From NCBI GenBank assembly GCA_002403305.1, contig DHHM01000016.1, positions 58,482 through 122,481 of the forward strand: 64,000 nt of DNA. Reading direction: 5' to 3'. The notes below the pieces were generated by a model, which ran no database searches, was not told where the DNA came from, and saw only the letters and a program-made list of their open reading frames with translations. Shown one piece after another: positions 31,570 to 39,923 of this stretch. The position numbers and the translations under genes were made by a program. Numbering within the stretch: position 1 is the first letter of the stretch; each line of letters starts with the position of its first letter. The DNA is from Bacteroidales bacterium UBA4772. Lineage in GTDB: Bacteria > Bacteroidota > Bacteroidia > Bacteroidales > VadinHA17.

Positions 31570-31665
31570 TAGATTATTTGTTTATTATTATATTGGACTA
31601 ATGGAACTTGCATGAAGTTTACAGTCATTTCCCCGGGAGGAGTTGCTGCTCATACATGGTTTCAT
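31570..31665 (-). repeat. palindromic cassette copy C (96 nt, left arm degenerate)
   Basis: Minus-strand reading: ATGAAACCATGTATGAGCAGCAACTCCTCCCGGGGAAATGACTGTAAACTTCATGCAAGTTCCATTAGTCCAATATAATAATAAACAAATAATCTA, then ATG at 31569. Its head ATG overlaps the stop of the upstream ORF (ATGA). Confidence 0.8.
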
Positions 31666-32057
31666 CTGTATCTTTTTATCAGTGCGTCTGTTACCTTTTC
31701 ATAATATTCACCCTGATACTGTTCTTCAGAGAATATGGAAGTGATGGCAAACCCCTTGATCGCATTTATAAACATGAGCAGATCGGTCATCGGGTTATAG
31801 TCCGGACCGGCGTTCTCTCCCTTCTTCCGGAAGTATTCCACCAGGAGGCTCATCATGCTTTCGGTGTATTCCCTGAAAGGTCTTCCTGATATTGATAAGG
31901 ACCCTGACTCCTCCCCGAATAGTTTCTCATAGACTCCGGGCTGTATCATTATTCTGAAGAGCAGTTTCCGGAACTGCCTCTTCTCATGAAGCACTTTAAA
32001 TACTTTCCGGATTTGCAGAAAGTGTTGAAAATAAAATATATGTAGTAATATTAACAT
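31662..32057 (-). pseudogene. ORF of unknown function, possibly the C-terminal remnant of a TetR-like regulator (no HTH present)
   Basis: 131-aa helical ORF in the position where such clusters often carry a regulator. The frame is closed by in-frame stops at 32070-32072 and 32088-32090, so no DNA-binding N-terminus can be encoded. The family assignment is a guess. Confidence 0.3.
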
Positions 32058-32143
32058 TATTGCATCTGGTCACTGATGAATTCTGTTTCAATTAGCGATT
32101 TCAGTATTGCTGAAGGTTTGATTGGCAGAAAGAATTACCAGGA

Positions 32144-33346
32144 TCAGGGTGTAAGCAAAAAATCGACCAGATTTTGCCATTTTATACCATTTCGCACGTT
32201 GCCATAATGCCTGTCCATGGACAGTACAAGTTTGGGATAATTGTCCCGCACCGTTTCAAGAGCACCAAATTCTCTTTCAATAACAGCCTCATCTGAGAGC
32301 ATATAGGCAACTTGTATGTAAGTTTTGGTGTTACCTTTTACTGCAATAAAATCGATCTCACGTTCGTATAGCTTGCCAATATGAACTTTAAACCCTCGTG
32401 CAACCAGTTCAAGGTAAACAATGTTTTCAAGCTTCCCGGATATGTCCTGAAACTTATCACCCAGCAAGGAATACATAAATCCGATATCACCAAGATAGTA
32501 TTTGTCGTAAAGCTCCAGCTGTCTCTTCCCTTTTATATCGAACCTATTCACCTTGTGTGCCATGTAAGCCTGAGAAAGCCAATGCAGATAATTCTGCACC
32601 GTATCAGCAGAAAATTTTAGGTGTTGGGATTTAAAATAGTTGCTTATACCTTTGGCAGTAGTTATATTGCCAATATTATCAGCAATATAGGCGGTTATCC
32701 TTTCAAGCATAGCTACATCACGTACCTGGTTCCGGGACACAACATCCTTTAGAAGAATGGTGCTGTATATGGCGCTTATATACTGACTGATAACTTCATC
32801 AGCAAATTCCATTCTATGAATCCCCGGGAAACCGCCATATTTCATGAAAAGGGCAAACTCATCATCCCTTTCAGCCCCTGATTTGTTTCTGAATGTAAGA
32901 AATTCACTGAATACAAGAGTATTCATCTTAAATTCAATATACCTCCCTGTCAAAAGTGTTGCCAGGTCAGATGCCAGTAAATCCGCATCGGACCCTGTGA
33001 TGTATATATCTGCAATCTCATCCGCAAAAAAGCCGGCAATTGCCTTCTCCCATTGTTCAATTTCCTGAACCTCATCAACAAATAGGTACTTCCTGGCATT
33101 GTTTTTAATTAAATTTTTGGTTACATAGACATGAAGATCCATATAGGTCGTGATGAAGTCAAATTCCAATGAATCTTTGTTGATATACAGTATATCAGCA
33201 GGGTCTACTCCTTCAGTTTCCAGCTCATTAATCAGCAGTTTCAGAAAGGTGCTTTTGCCACATCTTCTTATCCCGGTGATTACTTTTATTACAGGTTTAT
33301 CGATGAATGGTGCTATTCGATCAAGATACATGTCTCTCCTAATCAT
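32144..33346 (-). CDS. AAA+ ATPase (AAA_14 N-domain with DUF4143-type C-domain)
   Basis: Walker A ITGIRRCGKSTFLK and Walker B LFVDEVQEI. Start at MIRRDMYLDRIAP (33346); the longer ORF to 33595 is a non-homologous extension. The gene is visibly AT-richer than its flanks. Confidence 0.85.
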   Translation of the reverse strand: MIRRDMYLDRIAPFIDKPVIKVITGIRRCGKSTFLKLLINELETEGVDPADILYINKDSLEFDFITTYMDLHVYVTKNLIKNNARKYLFVDEVQEIEQWEKAIAGFFADEIADIYITGSDADLLASDLATLLTGRYIEFKMNTLVFSEFLTFRNKSGAERDDEFALFMKYGGFPGIHRMEFADEVISQYISAIYSTILLKDVVSRNQVRDVAMLERITAYIADNIGNITTAKGISNYFKSQHLKFSADTVQNYLHWLSQAYMAHKVNRFDIKGKRQLELYDKYYLGDIGFMYSLLGDKFQDISGKLENIVYLELVARGFKVHIGKLYEREIDFIAVKGNTKTYIQVAYMLSDEAVIEREFGALETVRDNYPKLVLSMDRHYGNVRNGIKWQNLVDFLLTP

Positions 33347-33604
33347 TTTCGAGTATATTACGATTATTACAAATATATGCAAATATTTCGACTGTATTCG
33401 TTTTATTGAAGTTTTTCTATGATTGAGGAGAGTCTGTTCACGGCAGGTGCGGTGGAGGTAACGCTGTCCCATGCCGTTCCGCGGGCTCCCGGCAAGTACT
33501 CCTCGCAGCAGATGACGTGGGTTAAGAGATCTTGCGTTGATATGTATCCATATTAAATAGAGTACAAGTACAGTTATTAAAAGTATTGTCAGCAACCCTG
33601 ACCT

Positions 33605-33635
33605 AAAAAAAATCCGGGAGAGATCACCTCCCGGA
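33605..33635 (-). terminator. rho-independent terminator after the BlaR1-like gene
   Basis: The minus strand reads TCCGGGAGGTGATCTCTCCCGGA (an 8-bp GC-rich stem) followed by TTTTTTTT. Confidence 0.7.
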
Positions 33636-33659
33636 CTTTTAAATTGAGACCGTACCGGA

Positions 33660-35744
33660 TTATAATCCTTCCTGAATTTTCTCGCCAGAGGATAGTGCGA
33701 ATGAAATCGGGACAGAATACCATACGTTGACAGGCTTACCGCCCTGCATTCCTGGTGTCCAGTCGGGAAGAAGACTCATTACCCTTACTGCTTCGGCATC
33801 AAGCAGGGGGTCAATTCCTCTGACAACTGTAACATCTTCGACTGAACCATCAGAAGTGACCACGAACCTCAGAATGACTTTTCCCTGTATACCCCGTTCT
33901 TTAGCTTCAGGCGGATACCTGACATTTTCATTTATGAATTTGAACAGGGCTTCATCACCACCCGGATATACCGGCATTTTTTCAACTACAACAAATATTT
34001 CCCCTCCTCCCACCTTGTCAGGCAGCGAGAATTTAGCAGTGATTTCGGAGGTAAAGGGTTCATTCATGCCTGGATTCTTCGGAGGTTCCCACAGGGGAGA
34101 GGTTTTGATCACTTCTGCCAGGGCATTGGCAAGAAGAGGATTGGTTGTTCCTTTGGGTTTTATATTGCTTACAGAACCGTCCGGCTCAACCGTAAAGCTG
34201 ACATGGGCCCAGCCCTCTATTCCGGCTGCAGCAGCCTCAGGAGGATATTTGGTTCGGCTTATCACCCAGTCGGTAAATGTAGTATGAAAGCTGCCCCCAA
34301 AGGTCGGAAAATCGTCCTGGGACTTCCTGCGAAGGGGAACGGTCATGCCCAGCTCTTTGGCTTTTTCCCTGGAATATATTTCCATCACGCCTGCAGCTCC
34401 CTTCTCTCCATACTTTTCCTTGGCTTCACTAAAGGTTAGGGCTTTTGCTATACCCAGGTCGTTCCCCATCTTTTCCATAATTTCAGTAAGGGTCTGATCA
34501 GTGATGACGCCGTCAACAACCAGCAGCTGCTTCGGTTTAGGTTTATCCGTAGCATCAGGCTTCACAGTGGCAGGGTCAACGTAATTGGGGTCAGGTTGCA
34601 TCCTGACTATCATCTCCTTGTCTGTAACAGGATTAAGTGGCAGGTACTTATAGCCTTTATAAGTAAAAACCAGTATCACATTTTCGGGAATGCCCCTGAA
34701 CTCAAAGCGGCCTGAAGCATCGGTACTCACTGAAAGGGAGGTGCCGGATACGTTGACATTTACTCCGGGAAACGGTGTTCCGTCTTCACGGTAAACGACT
34801 CCCCTTACAGTATTCTGGATCAGGGGTGCCGGCTGGCTGATAGTTAACTCAGATGTACCTGTGGTTTCCGCATAAACATATCTGGGAGATGCAAATGCAA
34901 ACAACATTCCTGCCATAAGTGGCAGTACAAGAAGCAGTTTAAGCTTCCTGAATGGAGAATAAGTTTTCTTTTTCATCATTTCAAACCTGTTTGTGTTAAA
35001 CGAAAAATTGAATGAATTCGAGAGACTGATCAGCCTGGCGCTGAAGACCTGGTTGAGGAGAGTAGCCCTGTATCCTGCCGGGTCAGATGTCTGCTGCAGC
35101 GCCACCTCATCGGCAAGATGCTCATGATTCTGCCTGACAAGCGCCGAACAGATCCATGCAAAGGGATTCATCCATTGCACCAGGCTAATCACTTCAACAA
35201 GCAGGAGATCAAACCAGTGCTTCTGTCTGAGGTGCACCATCTCATGGTTCAGTATCTCCCTGACCTCACGCCCGCTCAGTGAAGGATTGATAAAAACGTA
35301 ATTGAAAAATGAAAAGGCGGAGGTATATTTTTCTGATCTGACAAGCAAGGCATCTCCTTCCCTGTGTACCGGCCCGCTTCTTACAGCGCGGTACACCGTG
35401 AAGAGGTACTGCAGCGTCCGCCCCAGCAGGAAGACTAATCCTGCAGCATAGAATATCATGAACCATTTCAGCGGATCTTTCTCCGCCACAATCTCCGCCG
35501 CCGCTGCCGGTGATGAAGGCAAAACCGGGGTCATCCCCTGCGTCTCCTGTATCAGCGGAGCAGGAAGCTCAACCCTGTAATGCAGAGTTACCAGCGGAAG
35601 GATCAGTGAGAGAGCCACTCCTGCCAGGAGGTAGATCCGCTTAAGCATGAAAAACCTCTCCTTCTGCAGAAAGAGAAGGTATACCAGCGTAAAACCTGCC
35701 AGCCATGCGGCCGATTTCAGCAGGTAGAATGCAATCTGTTCCAT
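33660..35744 (-). CDS. BlaR1/MecR1-type M56 peptidase sensor fused to a CarboxypepD_reg-like domain and two TonB C-terminal-like domains
   Basis: N-terminal TM region with HEMVHLRQKHWFD (M56 HExxH). Central VRGVVYREDGTPFPGVNVNVSG. Two C-terminal YPPEA...G.V.V.F.V..DG modules. Confidence 0.85.
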   Translation of the reverse strand: MEQIAFYLLKSAAWLAGFTLVYLLFLQKERFFMLKRIYLLAGVALSLILPLVTLHYRVELPAPLIQETQGMTPVLPSSPAAAAEIVAEKDPLKWFMIFYAAGLVFLLGRTLQYLFTVYRAVRSGPVHREGDALLVRSEKYTSAFSFFNYVFINPSLSGREVREILNHEMVHLRQKHWFDLLLVEVISLVQWMNPFAWICSALVRQNHEHLADEVALQQTSDPAGYRATLLNQVFSARLISLSNSFNFSFNTNRFEMMKKKTYSPFRKLKLLLVLPLMAGMLFAFASPRYVYAETTGTSELTISQPAPLIQNTVRGVVYREDGTPFPGVNVNVSGTSLSVSTDASGRFEFRGIPENVILVFTYKGYKYLPLNPVTDKEMIVRMQPDPNYVDPATVKPDATDKPKPKQLLVVDGVITDQTLTEIMEKMGNDLGIAKALTFSEAKEKYGEKGAAGVMEIYSREKAKELGMTVPLRRKSQDDFPTFGGSFHTTFTDWVISRTKYPPEAAAAGIEGWAHVSFTVEPDGSVSNIKPKGTTNPLLANALAEVIKTSPLWEPPKNPGMNEPFTSEITAKFSLPDKVGGGEIFVVVEKMPVYPGGDEALFKFINENVRYPPEAKERGIQGKVILRFVVTSDGSVEDVTVVRGIDPLLDAEAVRVMSLLPDWTPGMQGGKPVNVWYSVPISFALSSGEKIQEGL

Positions 35745-35756
35745 TTTTTATTCCTG

Positions 35757-36122
35757 TTAGTCATCGTCAAGCTCTTCCCGGGCCTCCTCGAGTATCCTGT
35801 CGAGGTCCTTTACTGAAAGATTCTTCTCCCTGGCAAAGAACGATGTCATTGCCGGGAAAGAATTGTTGAAGTACCCTTCGAGCAGCCCGAACAGCTGGTG
35901 CTTTGAATACTCCCGTTTCGAAACCAGGGGAAAATAGAGGAATACATTCGCATAAGCCCGGTGATCCACATAACCCTTCTTCTCAAGGACCTTCAGCACT
36001 GTTGAGATGGTGTTACGCGCCGGCTTCGGATCATCAAATTTTCCCCTGATATCCTTTACCACTCCCTCTTCCAGATCCCATAAAATCTGCATTATCTGCT
36101 CTTCAGCCTTAGTCAGTTGCAT
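35757..36122 (-). CDS. BlaI/MecI/CopY family transcriptional repressor
   Basis: MQLTKAEEQIMQILWDLEEGVVKDI winged-helix start (ATG at 36122). 12-nt gap to the BlaR1-like gene. Confidence 0.88.
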   Translation of the reverse strand: MQLTKAEEQIMQILWDLEEGVVKDIRGKFDDPKPARNTISTVLKVLEKKGYVDHRAYANVFLYFPLVSKREYSKHQLFGLLEGYFNNSFPAMTSFFAREKNLSVKDLDRILEEAREELDDD

Positions 36123-36200
36123 AAAATCTTTTTTAATTAATACCACAACAATGCCCGTTTCCGGACACTTCTTTTCAATCAATCCTTCAACACAAATATA

Positions 36201-36258
36201 CGACTATATTTATAGACGCGCAAGCTTTTATGAATTTTTTCGTCTATTTTTATAGTCA
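36201..36258. promoter_or_regulatory. candidate operator pair for the BlaI-family repressor
   Basis: CGACTATATTTATAGACG (36201-36218) and its inverted copy CGTCTATTTTTATAGTCA (36241-36258). Each contains a CTAT-N4-ATAG dyad. Located 80-135 nt upstream of the blaI ATG. Confidence 0.35.
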
Positions 36259-36354
36259 CATAATCTGATTAATTATATTATAATGAGTTAATGATCTTTG
36301 AAGATTGGGATTTCGACAGGATTTACATTTCACTGTCTGCACCCTGGCACCTTG

Positions 36355-37392
36355 TCAGAATGACTCCAGCATATTCACCAGCTTCTCGCGCCCGGTGATG
36401 CCCGGGGCAGCTCTGAGAAGGTCATTGAGCCAGTTGCCGTACATGGGGTTGGGAAGCACGATGTATCTTGTGCCGAAGAGCCGGCGGTCGGCATCAACAG
36501 CAGCAAAGCCATGGTCAGGACCCCGTTTTTCGTAGATGCCGCTGTGGTCGGCGAGGTTATCACCTACCAGGAGCAGAATCTCATAATCCTTCTCGATAAG
36601 CGCCCGTCTCTCCACCTTTGAGGAGGTTGTCTCCTTAAGCAGCATGTGTGTGCTGTCGGCGTTGACAAATCCCCAGGCCGCCATGTTTTCAATCGTGGGA
36701 CCCATCTCCTGCACGGTTCTGTTTGACACATAGAAGACCTCTACTCCCAGCGAATCAGCATACCTGGTGAACTCCACAGCGCCAGGAAGAGGCCTGGCGC
36801 GGGCAAGCTCCACCCACCGGAACCAGTCGTCGTTGTTGAATGACTTCTTCTCAAGCACCTGCCATCCCTGGAAGGGGGAGTTGTCGAGCAGCGTCTCATC
36901 GATATCAATAACCACCGCGGCAGGTTTCGGCAGCTCCGTCCTCTGAAGGTTGCCGGAGGCGGCTCTCTTATTATCACCCAATGACTCTTCGTTAAAAGTC
37001 CCGGGTTCCGGTAGAGAAACATCAGCAACAGTCCCGGTACGGCCTGATGATGCAAGGTTCTCCTTCAGCGCGATCCCGGCATTCCGGAAGCACTGGTAGA
37101 AAAGCGCCCGCATCTCGGCCGATTTCTGGAACCAGAGGGTCGCCAGTATCAGGTGGTCCTGGTCCTCTGCGGCTGCCAGTGCAGGGTGGCTTCTGGCCTC
37201 CACTGATGACGAGTCCTCAGCAGTCACGGCCTTTGCCTCACTGCCGGTCTGGCCGGACTGGCCTTCCGGAGGCAATACTGCATGGCTCCTTGCAGCCCTG
37301 GCTGATCGCTTCTCCGCAGGCTGGGTTGTTTGTTTCACCGTGGCACAGGATGCCACCATTATCAGAAGGGTAACAATAATGAGCTTTTTCAT
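36355..37392 (-). CDS. lipoprotein e(P4)-family 5'-nucleotidase / class C acid phosphatase (HAD superfamily)
   Basis: Lipobox LLIMVASC. DIDETLLDNSPF and LLVGDNLADH HAD motifs. A Ser/Ala/Glu/Gln-rich low-complexity region follows the lipobox. Confidence 0.8.
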   Translation of the reverse strand: MKKLIIVTLLIMVASCATVKQTTQPAEKRSARAARSHAVLPPEGQSGQTGSEAKAVTAEDSSSVEARSHPALAAAEDQDHLILATLWFQKSAEMRALFYQCFRNAGIALKENLASSGRTGTVADVSLPEPGTFNEESLGDNKRAASGNLQRTELPKPAAVVIDIDETLLDNSPFQGWQVLEKKSFNNDDWFRWVELARARPLPGAVEFTRYADSLGVEVFYVSNRTVQEMGPTIENMAAWGFVNADSTHMLLKETTSSKVERRALIEKDYEILLLVGDNLADHSGIYEKRGPDHGFAAVDADRRLFGTRYIVLPNPMYGNWLNDLLRAAPGITGREKLVNMLESF

Positions 37393-37540
37393 CCGTTTTT
37401 ATTCTGTTGAAAATAAACTATTTGTCGCAACTGATCCGATTTTGTTTGTTATTGCCTAATTAACAAATAATTGGCTGATGCGACTATAATGTATGAAAGA
37501 TATTTAACTTTATCCGAACTATACCAAAAAGCAACCTGCA

Positions 37541-39127
37541 ATGTCAACCTTAAAGCTGATGCTGGGGATGATCCCCTCAACCTCCAAAATCGAACAGGAA
37601 GAGAAGGCTCTGATTGCCGAGTATGAAAAGATGATCGCCTTTGCCGGCTCGGAAGCACTGGCACGATACAACGTATTGCACGAGAGTGTCAACTCGGCCG
37701 GCTTCATGCAAAAAAAGAAGGAGATAGAATCGCTTGCCTACAAGGGCTCGGAGGAGCACGCCAGGGAGACTGAATTCCTGGGCCTTCAGAAGGCAAAAGA
37801 CATTGTATCATATTTCAGGACAGAGGGCAGCGCCCTGCTGAAGAATTTCCAGTCGCTTGACGCATCAGCCAGGATAAAGGAGATCGAAGACCTTCAGCTC
37901 TTCGTGCAGTCGCCTGAATTCAGGCAAAAGGAGAAGATGAAGCCGGTGACATTCAGGGATACGGAGGAGTATGGCAAGTGGCTGGAATTCAAAAAACTGA
38001 AGAGAGACAAGGAGGTTAAGAAGAATCTTAATCCCGAAAAGGTGAAAAGGTTCTCCGAGTTGCAGTCCCTGGTGACCTCATCGGCCTTCCTGCTGAAGAA
38101 AAACATGAAGCCCGTCACATTCAGGGATACTCCCGAATATCAGAAACTGCAGGAACTCAAAACCAAAAAGAGTGCTTCGGATATTGTTTCCTACTACAAG
38201 TTTCGCAATTCAAAGGAATATCACAACTACACCGGTGTAAAGGATTCCGCCCGCCTGAAGAGGTACCATGAACTCCAGGAGTATCTCAAGACTAAGGAAT
38301 TTTCGGAGAGGAAAGAGTACCTGCTCGACAAGCGTCGGTTTGAAAAGACGGAGATGTTCAAGGAGCTGAAGGAGTACGAGACACTGAAGAATTCACCTGA
38401 CATCAAATGGTACTTTGGCGTTAAGGATTCGAGCAAGTTTGATATCATCAAAAACCGCAAACTCACTTTCAGCGATGAGTTCGACGGTACTGCCCCTGAC
38501 AGCAGCAAGTGGATAAACAAATACTATTGGGGTGATAAGCTGCTACACGACAGCTACAGTATTGCCACCGATCTTCACTGTTACACACCTTCGGACAATT
38601 TCGAGATGCGTCACAGTGTACTTCGCATCATCACCAAACCTCAGAAGATAAACGGCAAGGTATGGGATCCGTCAAAGGGTTTCTACACCAAGGATTTCAA
38701 CTTTACCTCCGGCATTATCAACACCGGCGCTTCTTTCAGGCAGAAGTACGGCACCTTCTCCGCCAAGATCAAGCTTGCCGACCACAATGTCCGCAACGCC
38801 TTCTGGCTGATCGGCGACCGCATAACACCTCATCTGGACGTCTGCAGATCGGGCGGCGGAAAGGTCTGGTTTGATCTCTTCACCTCGCCGGGCAGCCATT
38901 ATAAGAAAAGCATCGGATCACGATATCTCTCTGATTTCTACATATACACCCTCGAGTGGACGCCCCGGAGCCTCATCTGGAAGATCAACGGTGTGGAGGT
39001 GATGCGCCAGACAACAGGCGTGCCCCAGGAGGAGATGTACATCAACCTCGCAGGAGGCGTTGACAAGCCCATAGGAGGGATCTCATCGATGGAGATCGAC
39101 TGGGTCAGGGTTTACCAGGAGAAATAA
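37541..39127 (+). CDS. GH16/ConA-like lectin-fold protein with an N-terminal array of charged ~55-aa repeats; canonical catalytic motif absent
   Basis: The C-terminus (FSDEFDG...SGIINT...YGTFSAKIKL...NAFWLIG...MEIDWVRVYQ) follows the GH16 fold landmarks. The ExDxxE position reads PHLDVCR. N-terminal repeats include KMKPVTFRDTEEY and NMKPVTFRDTPEY. No signal peptide is seen. Confidence 0.7.
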   Translation: MSTLKLMLGMIPSTSKIEQEEKALIAEYEKMIAFAGSEALARYNVLHESVNSAGFMQKKKEIESLAYKGSEEHARETEFLGLQKAKDIVSYFRTEGSALLKNFQSLDASARIKEIEDLQLFVQSPEFRQKEKMKPVTFRDTEEYGKWLEFKKLKRDKEVKKNLNPEKVKRFSELQSLVTSSAFLLKKNMKPVTFRDTPEYQKLQELKTKKSASDIVSYYKFRNSKEYHNYTGVKDSARLKRYHELQEYLKTKEFSERKEYLLDKRRFEKTEMFKELKEYETLKNSPDIKWYFGVKDSSKFDIIKNRKLTFSDEFDGTAPDSSKWINKYYWGDKLLHDSYSIATDLHCYTPSDNFEMRHSVLRIITKPQKINGKVWDPSKGFYTKDFNFTSGIINTGASFRQKYGTFSAKIKLADHNVRNAFWLIGDRITPHLDVCRSGGGKVWFDLFTSPGSHYKKSIGSRYLSDFYIYTLEWTPRSLIWKINGVEVMRQTTGVPQEEMYINLAGGVDKPIGGISSMEIDWVRVYQEK

Positions 39128-39148
39128 GAAAACTCATATCACTGAAGA

Positions 39149-39196
39149 GGCCGCCCGGGGGAGCAGTCGAAAACTGCACACCGGCGGTCTTTTTTA
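39149..39196 (+). terminator. possible rho-independent terminator after the GH16-like gene
   Basis: GGCCGCCCGG...CCGGCGGTC imperfect stem with a ~22-nt loop, followed by TTTTTTATT. The CCGGCGGTCTTTTTT segment recurs at 39237-39251. Confidence 0.4.
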
Positions 39197-39384
39197 TTCC
39201 TTCAGGGTCGCCAGGCAAGTACTGGTTTTGTGAGCTCCGGCGGTCTTTTTTCCATTCCGTCGGACCGGAAAGCCTCCGGTTTCATTGCTGAAGCAGGCAA
39301 ATTCTTACTGTTTTCCTGATAGCTGTAACCTTTTCTGATTTCTCACCGGGCTTTGCAATTTCTCTCATATTTTTACCGGAGAGC

Positions 39385-39411
39385 TGTAACATTTGCCGTC
39401 TTACGGCCGTC
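39385..39411 (+). promoter_or_regulatory. candidate ECF-type autoregulatory promoter TGTAAC-N17-CGTC
   Basis: TGTAAC at 39385-39390, a 17-nt spacer, and CGTC at 39408-39411, 27 nt upstream of the sigma-factor ATG. AAC...CGT architecture is typical of many ECF promoters. Confidence 0.5.
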
Positions 39412-39437
39412 TTTATGTTGTCAGTGCATTGACCTGA

Positions 39438-39923
39438 ATGACCGTAAAAGAGTACAATAACGCCGTCAGGGAGTTCGGTGACCATGTTTACCGGTTCATC
39501 TTCCGCAGTATCAAGGACAGCCACAGGGCTGACGATATCGTACAGGACAGCTACGAAAAGCTGTGGCGGAACGTTACTGAAATAGAGTACTGCGCCGTGA
39601 AATCATGGCTCTTTTCAACGGCATACAACAGGATGATTGATGTTATCAGGAAAGACTCCAGGCTGGTAGGCGTGGAGTATTACGATGACAGTTCACTATA
39701 TGCGGAGGAGAACGGCAGCGACCTTAACGAGGTGCTGCACAGGGCCCTGGAGACCCTTCCGCCGGCCCAGCGATCGGTAATTCTCCTGCGTGATTACGAA
39801 GGGTACAGCTATAAGGAGATAGCTGACATCACCGCACTCTCTGAGGCACAAGTCAAGACCTACATCTTCAGGGGACGTGTGGCTCTCAGGAACTATCTGG
39901 TAAAGACATCGGTATGGCAATGA
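39438..39923 (+). CDS. ECF (sigma-70 family group 4) RNA polymerase sigma factor
   Basis: 161 aa. Region 2 (DIVQDSYEKLW...W Lfstaynrmid) and region 4 (LPPAQRSVILLRDYEGYSYKEIADITALSEAQVKTYIFRGR). Confidence 0.9.
   Translation: MTVKEYNNAVREFGDHVYRFIFRSIKDSHRADDIVQDSYEKLWRNVTEIEYCAVKSWLFSTAYNRMIDVIRKDSRLVGVEYYDDSSLYAEENGSDLNEVLHRALETLPPAQRSVILLRDYEGYSYKEIADITALSEAQVKTYIFRGRVALRNYLVKTSVWQ

Noticed and set aside
33430-33540. GC-richer patch right of the AT-rich ATPase gene, considered as a tRNA or att remnant or the missing regulator N-terminus
   Set aside because: There is no cloverleaf-compatible sequence or T-loop motif. Translations in all frames give no helix-turn-helix-like segment. Nothing could be supported.
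33347-33595. N-terminal 83-aa extension of the AAA ATPase ORF, and similar extensions at 56765-57070 (mntP), 25740-25880, 4529-4606, 4546-4635, 15726-15845 and 19053-19106
   Set aside because: The extensions lack homology to the families concerned, overlap neighbouring genes or promoters, and internal ATGs give canonical N-termini.
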